In this document: in pieces, positions 41,630-64,000 of the stretch
Position numbering within the stretch: position 1 is the stretch's first letter
Layout of the letters: each line of letters begins with the position of its first letter
Source: the human T2T-CHM13v2.0 reference genome, Homo sapiens
Assembly (NCBI RefSeq): GCF_009914755.1
Contig: NC_060942.1
Direction: 5' to 3' (one strand)
Length of the DNA: 64,000 bases
Program-made: the position numbers and the translations under genes
Notes under the pieces: generated by a model
Told to the model about the DNA's origin: nothing
The model's database searches: none
What the model saw: the letters and a program-made list of their open reading frames with translations, nothing else

Positions 41630-41898
41630 TTACCTTGGCCCACTATAATTTTGCACTACAGGGTGGCAGCTCCGTGCTATGTACAAGCCGGGTGCCGCGC
41701 AGCTTTGATGCTGCCCAGGACACTGACCTAAAAGTGTGTCTGCAAGTACTCTCACCCTTCATTCATTCAAGCTTTGCCTAGTACACACTTTTTGGAAACC
41801 ATTTCCCAAAATGCATGCTTTTATACCACATTTCCCACCCACCAGATAACCGAGACAGTGCACGTAACACAGTTTGAATTAAAGAATAATCTTGTTTT

Positions 41899-42232
<334 letters not shown>

Positions 42233-43259
42233 TCATGAACTGCAGATATAAATAGATCGAGCACTAGATATGTTTATTATCTCCAGCACAGCACTGCCTC
42301 CTGGTGCGGATTATATTCCAGTTTTCAAAAGGAACCATAGAAGATACAAGCAATACGATTTTATTTTGGAGGGATTTCTAGCATCATAGGTCAAAGACGT
42401 TATTAAGTATCGACTCTGAAAAAGCAACTATAAATACTGCAAATCGACTAAGCCAGAGGACGCAAATATATCCTGCGTGTTGTGTGCTGGACTGTGGTTG
42501 AGACTTCATGGTCGTGCTCTGGGCTCATGGGGGCAGCTGACTGCTCATAATTAAGATTGCTGTTGCCGCTGCCTGTGTTCCAAAGAGAACACAAGAGGAC
42601 AGAGCTAAGGTGTAGGAATGCGGAAGAACTTGCAGAAACTAGAGCTAGTCTTCGGATTGAAATGAATTACCAATAAAGGGTTGGGAAATGGATCAAGGGG
42701 AGGGAAGCGTTTTGATGGTCCCTGCTCCGAGGTTCAGCCCATTTGCAGTTGCTGATAACCTTGTCAGGACACCAGATAAAGGCAAGTCTTGTCACCCTCA
42801 GGCACCTGGCTGCGAAGTAATAAAACGGTTGCCTTATCATCTAAAGGTGGAGTGAGTCAAACCTCAGCCCAGGGTAATTATAGTAAACTGAAATTGCCTG
42901 TCCTTTACAAAAAAAAAGGCGGAGGGAGAGAGAAAGGAAAAGGGCTTAAGGCAGGAAATTGTGTTTGTCTTTCTCCTTGGATTTAAAAAAGAAACGAGCA
43001 AAACAGCAAAAAGTTTTCCAGGGAGTGAGAAAAGCAGCCCGGCTAGACTCCCCTCACCCTGGGTTAACAGGATTGCCGACAGATCAGGCCCACGTGATGG
43101 TCAAGAAAAGAGGCTCAAGCTGATGAAAATCCAAGAAATCTTCTTAGGAGCCTTCCTTTCTAAATGTAAATGACTGAGTCATTGCTTTGCTAAGGAGGGA
43201 AGGAAGTTACAATCACACCAAGTGACTCATTCATTGCTGTTAGCTCCGGCAGTTGGATG

Positions 43260-48030
<4,771 letters not shown>

Positions 48031-48133
48031 TTGCCATCTTAGTCACTTTGATTTTATTTTTTAAGTTGTATTTGTTTGCTTATTGATTTGATTGGCTTGG
48101 CACTTATGCAGTGACTTTGTAGATGCTGTCTAT

Positions 48134-49070
48134 GTGTTGGGGCTCAGAACATAATGCCCTAAAATATGGTGACTTGGCAATTGAGAAAACTGAAGGAGCA
48201 AGAAGGTCACTCACTGTGAGAGCTGGCCACGAGGGAATGCTCTGACCTATCTTTGTCTGAAAGTAGGTCATAAGATGCTCATTCCAGAGAGGTCTCGCTC
48301 TATACCCAGAGGCGAAGAAGGAACAGACAGCTCTTGCCCTACTGTCCCCCAGTTGTTTGTTACCGTTAGATAATAAATTTATTCTAGTTGAAATCTGAAA
48401 TACTCCAAAGTCTGAAACTTTTCATTTTTTTGAGACAGAGTCTTGCTCTGTCACCCAGGCTGGAGTGTAGTGCACGATCTCAGCTCACTGCAACCTCCAC
48501 CTCCCAGGTTCAATGATCCTCCTGCCTCAGCCTCCCAAGTAGCTGGGATTACAGGCATGTGCCACCACGCCTGGCTAATTTTTATACTTTTAGTAGAGAC
48601 AGGGTTTCACCATGTTGGCCATGTTGGTCTCAAACTCCTGAACTCAAGTGAGCCTCGGCCTCCCAAAGTGCTGGGATTACAGGCGTGAGCTGCTGCACCC
48701 AGCCTGATCTGTAATACTCTCCCTTGCAGTGTCCTCAGCCTCCCAAGTAGCTGGGACTGCAGGTGTGCACCACCACAACCAGCCAATTTTTAAACATTTT
48801 TTTGTAGAGATATGGTCTCACTATGTTGCCCAGGCTAGTCTCAAATTCCTGGGCTCAAGTGATCCTCCCACCTTGGCCTCCCAAAGTACTGGGATTTGAG
48901 GTGTGATCCACCTCACCCGGGCCTGAGTCTTCCTTTGGAAGGCTGCTGTATCATGTGAAACTTATGTTAAATAAATTTGCTTATTTTTCTGTTACTAATC
49001 TGTCTTCTGTGATAGGAGTCTTAGCCATGAACCTAGCGATGGGTGTGGAATAGATATTTCTTCCACACGC
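48134..49070 (+). mobile_element. ERV1 LTR (MER39-like) with nested Alus
   Basis: Starts tgttggggctcagaa…aaaatatgg and ends aataaattt…gccatgaacctagcgatggg. Alus are nested at ~48425-48920. Confidence 0.6.
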
Positions 49071-49146
49071 TAGAAAAGGCTGTGTCTGCCTGGTGCAAAT
49101 CCTGACCTGCCAGTTACAAGCTACTTAACTTTACACTATTAAATCA

Positions 49147-49693
<547 letters not shown>

Positions 49694-49714
49694 TCATATG
49701 TCCTCTCCTTCGAG

Positions 49715-50812
<1,098 letters not shown>

Positions 50813-53800
50813 GCTCCCCTGATCACCCAGCTTACAGCAGCCTCACACCCTCCCATCCCAGGCCCGCATCCCCCTAACTGATTTGAGATGCCTGGAGAAA
50901 ATAAGATTGCTGCTCCATCTTTTATAAACTACAAGTTTTGGGGTCGGGGCAGTGCAAAGTTGCAGCTTGCTCATTCAACCCAGTCCTGACCGGCTCTACC
51001 ACTGCACTCGCCCCAGCCCTCCACAGCCTTCCAACGGCAGCTGTCTCCAGATTCCCTACGTTCTAGTTAGCAGCCTTCACCCTCCCCATGACCAAGGCCC
51101 CACGAAGTCTTTCCAAAGCCCCTGCTTGTCATTTCTGTTAACGCGTCCCCGCCTCCCACCTCGAAATTACATAGCAGGACCCGCTGCAGCCCCTGCTTCC
51201 TTGCACCTTGGAACATGGCAGAACTTACCACGCGTTTCTCAGGGCTTGTATGGTGGACCCCTGCCAGTGGTTTCAAACCTTTTCCGCACCTTCTCTATCA
51301 CCCTCCAGTTCAGAAAAGACAAAAAGGAAACCCCAAAGAAAATCCAAACAAAAAAGCTTACAAGTATGTTTCTCTTTGCCTCCATAGTCAGCACTAATTA
51401 TTTCCAGCTGGGGTAGAGAGCAGGGTGTGGATGGGACCAAGTCCTGTTGCTAAGTTCAAGTACTTGAGAATTTAACATCCCAGATCCTCTCCAAGCTCTG
51501 CTGCAGACCCCTCAACTATATTCCCCTAGCTTACCATGGTAACAAGCCAGAGGGCTAGCCCTAAGTGTATCCACTTACATTACTAAAGCGCTATCAAATG
51601 AACAAATAATTCCCTTTGCTTTTCATGCCTGAAAGGCAATATTGTATGATGTTTAAGAATATGGCACAGTTCTGTCGTCCCAGCTGCTTGGAAGGCTGAG
51701 GTGGGATGATTGATTGAGCCCAGGAGTTTGAGTCCAGCCTGGGCAACATAGCAAGATCCGATCTCAAAATATTAAAAATAATGTAAGTTCAGGAGGCCGA
51801 CCTTGATTTAAAAGTGTGTTACCTAGGGAAGGTTGCTGAATCTCTATAAACATCTGGTTTTTATTGTCTAAAATGAGGATAAGAATGAAAAACTTCCTTA
51901 TAGGGTTGTAGAGAGGCTGAAAGGAAGCAATATATGGGAAATGCTCAGTGTATTAACTCAGTAAATGGCATACAGTAACAACAGCCATCAACAGTTCCAT
52001 AAGGGGAATCCCTTCATTTTAACCAGGGGACCCGTGGCCCTTGTGAAAGGTCTGAGAACATCTGAAGCTAACTTCTACACCAACGTGGTCAGATGATGCC
52101 ATCCCGTATCCATGGCAACCAGATGTCTCCAGTATCTAGTTTAGTGCCAGGCGGGTGGTGTACAATGAAACAACAGAATCACAGGCTGCAACTCTGCTGT
52201 TCAGTTCATTCGTTAGTGGAATCCCTGTAACACACTCAAAATTCTGACTTCATAGGACCTTTGAATTACAGTTTCATAAAAGAAGTTCTGAAACATTGAC
52301 CAATCATTTCATACACATTTTTTAGTTATTCTCAGATGATGGTTGCTGATGTAAAAATAAAACAACCAAAACCTTTGTGTTAGCTATATCTTCAAGTCTA
52401 TCACAATATTTTAGTCCATTTCCTTTTTTTTTTGAGACGGAGTTTTTGCTCTTGTCACCCAGGCTGGAGTACAATGGTGCAATCTTGGCTCACTGCAACC
52501 TCTGCCTCCTGCGTTCAAGCGATTCTCCTGCCTCAGGTCCTGAGTAGCTGGGATTACAGGCGCCCGCCACCATGCCCGGCTAATTTTTTTGTATTTTTAG
52601 TAGAGATGGGGTTTCACCATGTTGGTTAGTCTTGAACTCCTGACTTCAGGTGGTCCACCTGCCTCGGCTTCCCAAAGTGCTGGGATTACAGGCATGAGCC
52701 ACCACGCCTGGCCTTTTAGTCCATTTTCTATTGCTAATGTAAGAGGAATTAGATTAGGAAGTAGGTTTTTGAAGACAAATTTTCAGGTTACATGAATTGT
52801 TGGTAGCACCTCACTTCATAAGTAATATTAGATATAAAACCCTTCTCAGGAAAAAAAAAGTTAGCATTCTGGAGAAAGGAGTAAAGGAAACAATGGTTTA
52901 TTGTCTTCCGTTTTGTTTTGTTTGTTTTTCAGAGGGACTCACTGTTGCCCAGGCTGGAGTGCAGTGGCACAATCATGGCTCACGGCAGCTTCAACCTCCT
53001 GGGCTCAAGTGATCCTCCTTGCCTCAGCCTCCTGAGTATCTGGGACCATGGGTGCATGCTACCATTCCTGGTTAATTTTTTAATTTTGAATTTTGCAGAG
53101 ATGGGGGTCTCCCTGTGTTGCCCAGGCTGGTCTCGAACTCCTGGGCTCAAGCCATCCTCCCACTTCCTCTCTAAGTGTTGGGATTACAGGCATGAGCCTG
53201 GCTAGGAAGCAATGTTGGCCCACAGTGTCCAGTGCCCAGTACTCTTAGGAAGTATGAATTTATGAACAATTAACGCCCAGATGAGTTAACAGACCTTGGG
53301 TATAAATTGGTTGGTCTGTGTCCAAAGGCAATACAGTTTTATGCTTCATTTTATTACCATCTGTGGAATGGGACAATAACTACAGGATGGCTGTTACAGT
53401 GAATATTAAAGACTTAAAATATGTAAAAGCCCTTTGTAAGTTGCAAAGTGCTATGCAGATGCTAGGCAAAGAAGCCACAGCAGCTACCCAGTAACAGTTG
53501 TTACTTTTTTTTTTTTGAGATGGAGTTTCCCTCTTTTGCCCAGGCTGGAGTGAAGTGGCGCGATCTCAGCTCACTGCAAGCTCCGCCCCCAGGTTCAAGC
53601 GATTCCCCTGCCTCGGCCTCCCAGGTAGCTGGGATTATAGGTGCCCACAACCACACCCGGCTAAAGTTTGTATTTTTAGTAGAGACAGTTTCACCACATT
53701 GACCAGACTGGTCTCGAACTCCTGAGCTCAGGCAATCCGCCCGCCTCGGCCTCCCAAAGTGCTAGGATTACAGGCGAGCCACCGTGCCTGGCCAGTTGTC

Positions 53801-54255
53801 ACTTTTTTCTGGCTCCAGCTGAGTAACATTTCCAAACCACAATTCTTCCTGGAACAGCATAAGTTGTGTTGGCCTTGGCCAATATTGAACTGGGGTTCTG
53901 GGATACCGCAAAGTATTATATACAATTTGCATAAATGTACATTTAGGCTGAGTAGAAAGGGAGAAAATGCTGTAAAAATTAATATGGGTCAAAAGAAATG
54001 ATCTCTAATCATAAATTGCACACTTCCCCTCTCAACCATCCCCAAAACACTCATAATATTTGATATGAAAATACCATGGTGGCAAATAGCTGTATCAAAA
54101 AGAAACTATTCTTTCATTATAGCGTAGGGTGAAGCTAAGTAGATTTTAAGAATTACTGGAGTCTCCCGCACTTTGGGAGGCCGAGGTGGGCGGATCACCT
54201 GAGGTCAGGAGTTTGAGACCAGCCTGACCAACATGGAGAAACCCCGCCTCTACTA

Positions 54256-54423
<168 letters not shown>

Positions 54424-54483
54424 TCAAGAAAAAAAAAAAAAAGTTATTGGAGTCAAACATAACTTGGAGAGGAGACAAAATAA

Positions 54484-54735
<252 letters not shown>

Positions 54736-55813
54736 TGATCCGCCAGCCTCGGCCTCTCAAAGTGCTAGGATTACAGGCATGAGCCACTGTGCCCAGCAGA
54801 CAAAATAATTTTTAAAAAGATGCATAAATAGAGTTGATAATTTTGGTGGTATTTGAGTAAATGAGTAGAAAAGCTGGGACTGGAAGGTGTATTGTTACCA
54901 CATAGTTGGTGCTGATTGGGGAGCCTCTATTTTCTTGACTAGAAACTCACTTCTAAAGAGAAAGAGCACAGATGCCTGTTAACAAATAGGCTTCAGGACG
55001 ACCTTTTTTGAATTTCCAGCAGGGAGGAAAACTGGGTCACAAGAAGATAATCTCAGGGGTTGCTGGAGGATTGGCCTTGGACACGCCCAGGTGAGGAGAG
55101 AAAACACCCAAGGGAGATGTTGACAGCAGAGAGGGCATTGAAGCAAGTCTGGCCAGTAGGAAAATGGAGCCGATGGAGATGGGGGAGGCCAAGAAAGCTG
55201 CATTTTTCATTGCTTTGTCTGAAGCAGTGAGCCCTGGGCACACTTGTGCAGTAGCTAAAATTTCTCAAGTCTGTCTCTGTAGGCAACTGGAGACACCCTG
55301 ACAGCCTGTTTCCCCCAACTGGCTCCAGCCCAAATTAACTCACTCTCTCATTCCCTGAGACACTTGCCTTTGAGAGGTAAAAATTTAGCTAGTTTGATAA
55401 GAGAATGCATTTTAGGTGGGGAGGGGGCATTTTAGCAGGAATTTTTGCAAACATTTCTTCCCTCAAGGGTAAGAAATGTGTATTTTAAAAGGGAGGTTTC
55501 TATAAAGTTGGCCTTAACTCCGAGGGATATTTAAAGTGGGGAATTTCTGGCACTGCTAACAGACCCATAGTGCAGCTAAGACCTTTCTGTGGCTCTCAAA
55601 TCATAATGAAGCCCAGGAAGGAGAAATGAAATTGTATACTTTGCCTGTCACAGGCATAGAGTTCTGCTGAGTAATTTGTACGTGGGATTATTATTCCATT
55701 TCACAGATTTAGAGGTGCAGCTAAAGTTGACAGGCTGGTAACCAGCCCTCGGGAGACTGCATTTTCCAAAAGTGGCTGCAACAATATCTTCCATCTGACA
55801 TGTCCTTCTAGAA

Positions 55814-56244
<431 letters not shown>

Positions 56245-56871
56245 TCACTTGAGCCCAGAAGGTCGAGGCTGCAGTGAGCCGTGATTGTGCCACTTAAACC
56301 ACCCTAGGCGGCAGAGGGAGACCCTGTCTCAAAAAAACAAAAAGAAACAAACAAACTGGAAAAAAAAAAGAGGTGGACGAATTCCCTTTTCCTTGAATCC
56401 GAGAGGTTTGTGATTTGCCTATAATTAAGACAATTGGAAGGAAGTGACACTGCATGACCTCTGAGGCTAGATCAGAACAGGTGATGTAACTTTTACCAGT
56501 CAGCACATAAGTAGCCCAGCTGTCCTGAGGCTGCCATGCTGTAAGGAAGCCCAAGTGAGTCCATGTGAAAGACCACCTGAAAAGCCTTGAAACTGTAGGA
56601 GATGCTCAGCCAGCCCCACTTGCTCCAGCCCTCACCTGGAGAGACTGCAAGCTCAGGAGAGATGCTGAGCCAGAACTACCCCGCCAAAGCTCTCCCCAAA
56701 TTCCTGACCCCCAGAGACTGAGAAGTGATGAGATGATTGCTTTAAGACATTAAGTTTTGGGGGTGATCCGTTGCATAGAAAGAAACAGAACATTTTCCCC
56801 AAACTAGTGAGTGGCAGAGATGGGATTCAAACTGAGGCTGGCCTGAGCCCAATCACCTGATCTTTCTATTA

Positions 56872-57713
<842 letters not shown>

Positions 57714-58253
57714 TTATCAAGGAAAAATGTCAGAGAATTCAGATCCTGTAAGTCAAAGACACAACCTGTTCCAGGAAGGACTTTGCAACAGCAATTACTC
57801 TAACAAGTTACAATTCGCAGAGTCCGGCCTTTAAGGGGCTTTGAAGAGAGAGAAACCCATGAATCAATAATAAGATAAGGCTATTTGGTTTGTTTCAACT
57901 TGCGGGCTGTTTGACTTCCGTATCAAAGCCATGCCTTGAGAATGAAATCATTTCTGTCAAACAGCCCTTTCAAAGAACATCCGACACAAACACTCACTGG
58001 CTGCTCCTTTATTTCCACTGTGTCCAGGGTGTGTATGGACTTGGTGGAATTTAGGGGAATAGCTGTGAATTGTGCATCAAATAAATAACCTGCAGGGAGT
58101 TGGCACTGGTGACTGCTAGCCATAAATGTTGCTATTTGCTTACACAGGTTAAGCCTGGGCTTTTGGAGGCTTCTTTGACCTTTTCTGCCTTTTTCCCAAC
58201 CCTAACCCAACATAGCTATGACAAGGCAGTTCTGGGCCGGGCAGGGTGGCTCA

Positions 58254-58816
<563 letters not shown>

Positions 58817-59018
58817 TAACCTCCTGATCTGCTCGCCTCGGCCTCCCAAAGTGCTGGGATTACAGGCATGAGCCACCGCGCTCGGCCCCCAGAGCACACT
58901 TTTAAAGTTAACAGCTTGGCCTCCCTCTCCCAGCATTCATCCTCACTGGGCCTAGTCCGCCTGTTACACCAGGGAAGAACTGAGTGATCTTTCTTAACTT
59001 CCCAGGATCTTAGCCCAA

Positions 59019-59697
<679 letters not shown>

Positions 59698-60289
59698 CCA
59701 CAAACAGAGAATTCACAGCCTTAAGGCTGGGACTTCAGAAAAATTCCAAAGGTAATAAGCAGAAATTTCAACATGCAAGAGTCTAGCCTTTTAGCGCAGT
59801 TTCTCTTTCTGCATCTTTCCCAGGTGGCCTGCAGGCAGGATGGTAAAGCAGTGCTGGGGGCTGGGCAGGGGCGCTGCTGACCTGCAAGTCTAGTGGGGTC
59901 ACTAAGGTCTCTTGACTCAAAAGGGAAGGGACCAGGGTTCCAGTCCTAGAAAGTCCAGAAAGTAGCAGGGAGACTGAGTAGGTGTTTGGTGCATGGTCAA
60001 GAGGCCCATATTGATGCAAGTCACTAACCCCTTCCCTCTTCTAGCCGCCCTAGTCCTTCCTTCTCTCCTCTTCTTCCAGTCTCTTTGACTTTTCCCACCA
60101 CCCCGTCCTGCGACACTGCTTTATTATCAGGTAAGTCAGAAGAAGGGGAAAATTTGGCTTTACCTTCTGACTTAGCGTCATGCAAATCCTGATGCTCTTT
60201 TAGTTTTTTCCTTTTTTTTTTTTTTTTTTGGTGGGAGATATGGGATGGAAGGATATTTGCCGGAGTTGGTTTTTTTTTGTTTTTTGTTT

Positions 60290-60450
60290 TTTGAGATGAG
60301 GTCTTGCTATGCTGCCGAGGCTTAAGTGCAGTGGCTACTCATAGACCCCATCATTGCGCACTACAGCCTTGACCTCCTAGGCTCAAGGGATCCTCCCACC
60401 TCAGCCTCCTAAGTAGCCGGAACTATAGGTGCATGCCACCATGCCTGGCC
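60290..60450 (-). mobile_element. FAM (fossil Alu monomer)
   Basis: Single monomer retaining gtggctactcatag…catcattgcgcactacagcc, with TSD-like tgc(c/t)ggagtt. Confidence 0.7.
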
Positions 60451-60472
60451 ACCTGCTGGAGTTTAAGCAGGT

Positions 60473-61572
<1,100 letters not shown>

Positions 61573-61858
61573 AAAGATAAGTGACCTGGGGCTGAGTTCA
61601 GTGGCTCACACCTGTAGTCCCAGCACTTTGGGAGGCTGCTAATAATAGCTATGATTATTATACCTGCCCTGACATTATCTTCTGTTTCCAGGCTTGACAT
61701 ATAAGGATCCTATACAAGATTTCACCTACACAAGAGATTCAATCCATCTTAGGTTCTGCTAATGACCTCCCCTCCTAAGGTTCATCAAAGCTGAAGCGGG
61801 AAGAAGGCTTGAGGATAGGAGTTTGAGACCAGCCTGGGCAACATAGTGAGACCTTGTC

Positions 61859-62257
61859 TGTTAAATCAAGTTTAGCCTAAAGTGGCCTCCTTACATATTT
61901 TAAGTTCAGCCTAAAGGTTTCTCTGTACATAGTGAACTATATACAACCTAAATGGAGGTATAAACCCACTGTAACCTACTCTTGTGCCAATCAGAGAGTT
62001 TTGGCCAAAGGGGGCCAACTGTTCAAACCGTGTTCAAATAAGGCAAACGCCAAGCTGTAGCCAATCCAACTGTTTCTGTACCTCACTTCTGTTTTCTATA
62101 TGTTACTTTCCTTTTTCTGTCTATAAATCTTCCACTGCGTGGCTGCACTGGAGTCTCTCTGAGCTACCCTGGCTTGGGAGGCTGCCTGATTCGCAAAGCA
62201 TTCTTTGCTTAACTAAACTTTGTTAAGCTTAATTTGGCTAAGGTTTTTCTTTCAACA
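61859..62257 (+). mobile_element. Solo LTR (MER57-like, ERV1) inserted between the arms of an AluJ
   Basis: tgttaaatcaagtttagcctaaag…tttcaaca with TG..CA ends, TSD tgtc/cgtc and CCAAT boxes. The Alu left arm lies before it and the right arm after it. Confidence 0.75.
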
Positions 62258-62290
62258 CGTCCCTGCAAAAACTTAAAATAAAAGAAATTA

Positions 62291-62754
<464 letters not shown>

Positions 62755-63298
62755 TAGTAGAGACGGGGTTTCACTGTGTTAGCCAGGATGGTCTCGATCT
62801 CCTGACCTCGTGATCTGCCTGCTTCATTCTCCCAAAGTGCTGGGATTACAGGCATGAGCCACTGCACTCGTCCTAAGCTGATTATTTCATGATTCATGCT
62901 TGGCTTGGGATCTGGGAATGATGGGGAAAGTTACTCTCTCAAAGATTGGCTCTGTCCCCTGGGGAATGTGGGAGGAGGGAGAGTCCAGAATTCGGCTTCC
63001 AAGTGGCCACAAGTCTGGCCTCCTTCACCCAGCCTGTGCCTGTGTCCACAGGACAAGATCCAGGCTGACAGCCATGCACTGCCACACCACTGTCCCAGAC
63101 TGGGGCAAGCAGAAGGGGGCTGTTTCCTCTCATCTTTCCCCAATTTCTTGCTTGCCAGAGGCAATCCTAACTTGGCTAGCGGAAAGATAATCACTTTTGA
63201 AAACATGAGTGAGGTCAGCCCTTCCAGCCACAGCCTGGAGTTTGAAATTACACATTCATTGATTTCTTTTTTTTTCTTTTTCTTTTTTTTTGAGATAG

Positions 63299-63679
<381 letters not shown>

Positions 63680-64000
63680 TAAGAGAGTTGTTGAGAGGAT
63701 CACATGAGATAATCAAGGAAAAAGTCTTAGATCAGGGCCTGGAACAAAGTAAATGTTTAATCCTATTAATGCAATTAATTGTGGTTAATGACATGTCATA
63801 ATTAATAGCTATGATTATTTTCACGAGCCCTGACATTATCTTCCATTTCCAGGCTTCGCATGTATAAGAGGTCCTAGACACAAATTCACCTACACAAGGG
63901 ATTCAGTCCGTCTTAGGTTCTGCTAATGACAACTCTTCTTGAAGTTCTTCAAGGCCGTGTGAAAAGGAAAAGCCAGCCGGGCACAGTGGCTCACGCCTGT

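Overview
This is Alu-dense primate (human or great ape) genomic DNA, not microbial. It lies inside DLGAP1 (GKAP/SAPAP1, minus strand), and two DLGAP1 coding exons resolve to the base: 21404-21777 and 7027-7118. On the plus strand are a young, TSD-flanked, 5'-truncated ZNF592 retrocopy and splice/poly(A) signals consistent with the antisense lncRNAs DLGAP1-AS1 and DLGAP1-AS2. The window also holds a full-length 7SL pseudogene, solo LTRs (LTR12, MER57-like, THE1, MLT1), DNA transposon relics and dozens of Alus. The most unusual signal is a recurring pattern of Alu elements carrying templated copies of nearby sequence: a 50-bp copy of the DLGAP1 exon/donor junction, a ~155-bp copy of unique sequence 2.2 kb away, and a fold-back hairpin insertion. 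There is also a small Alu-Alu inversion that can be reconstructed from split target-site duplications. Gene and repeat names come from recognition, not database searches.
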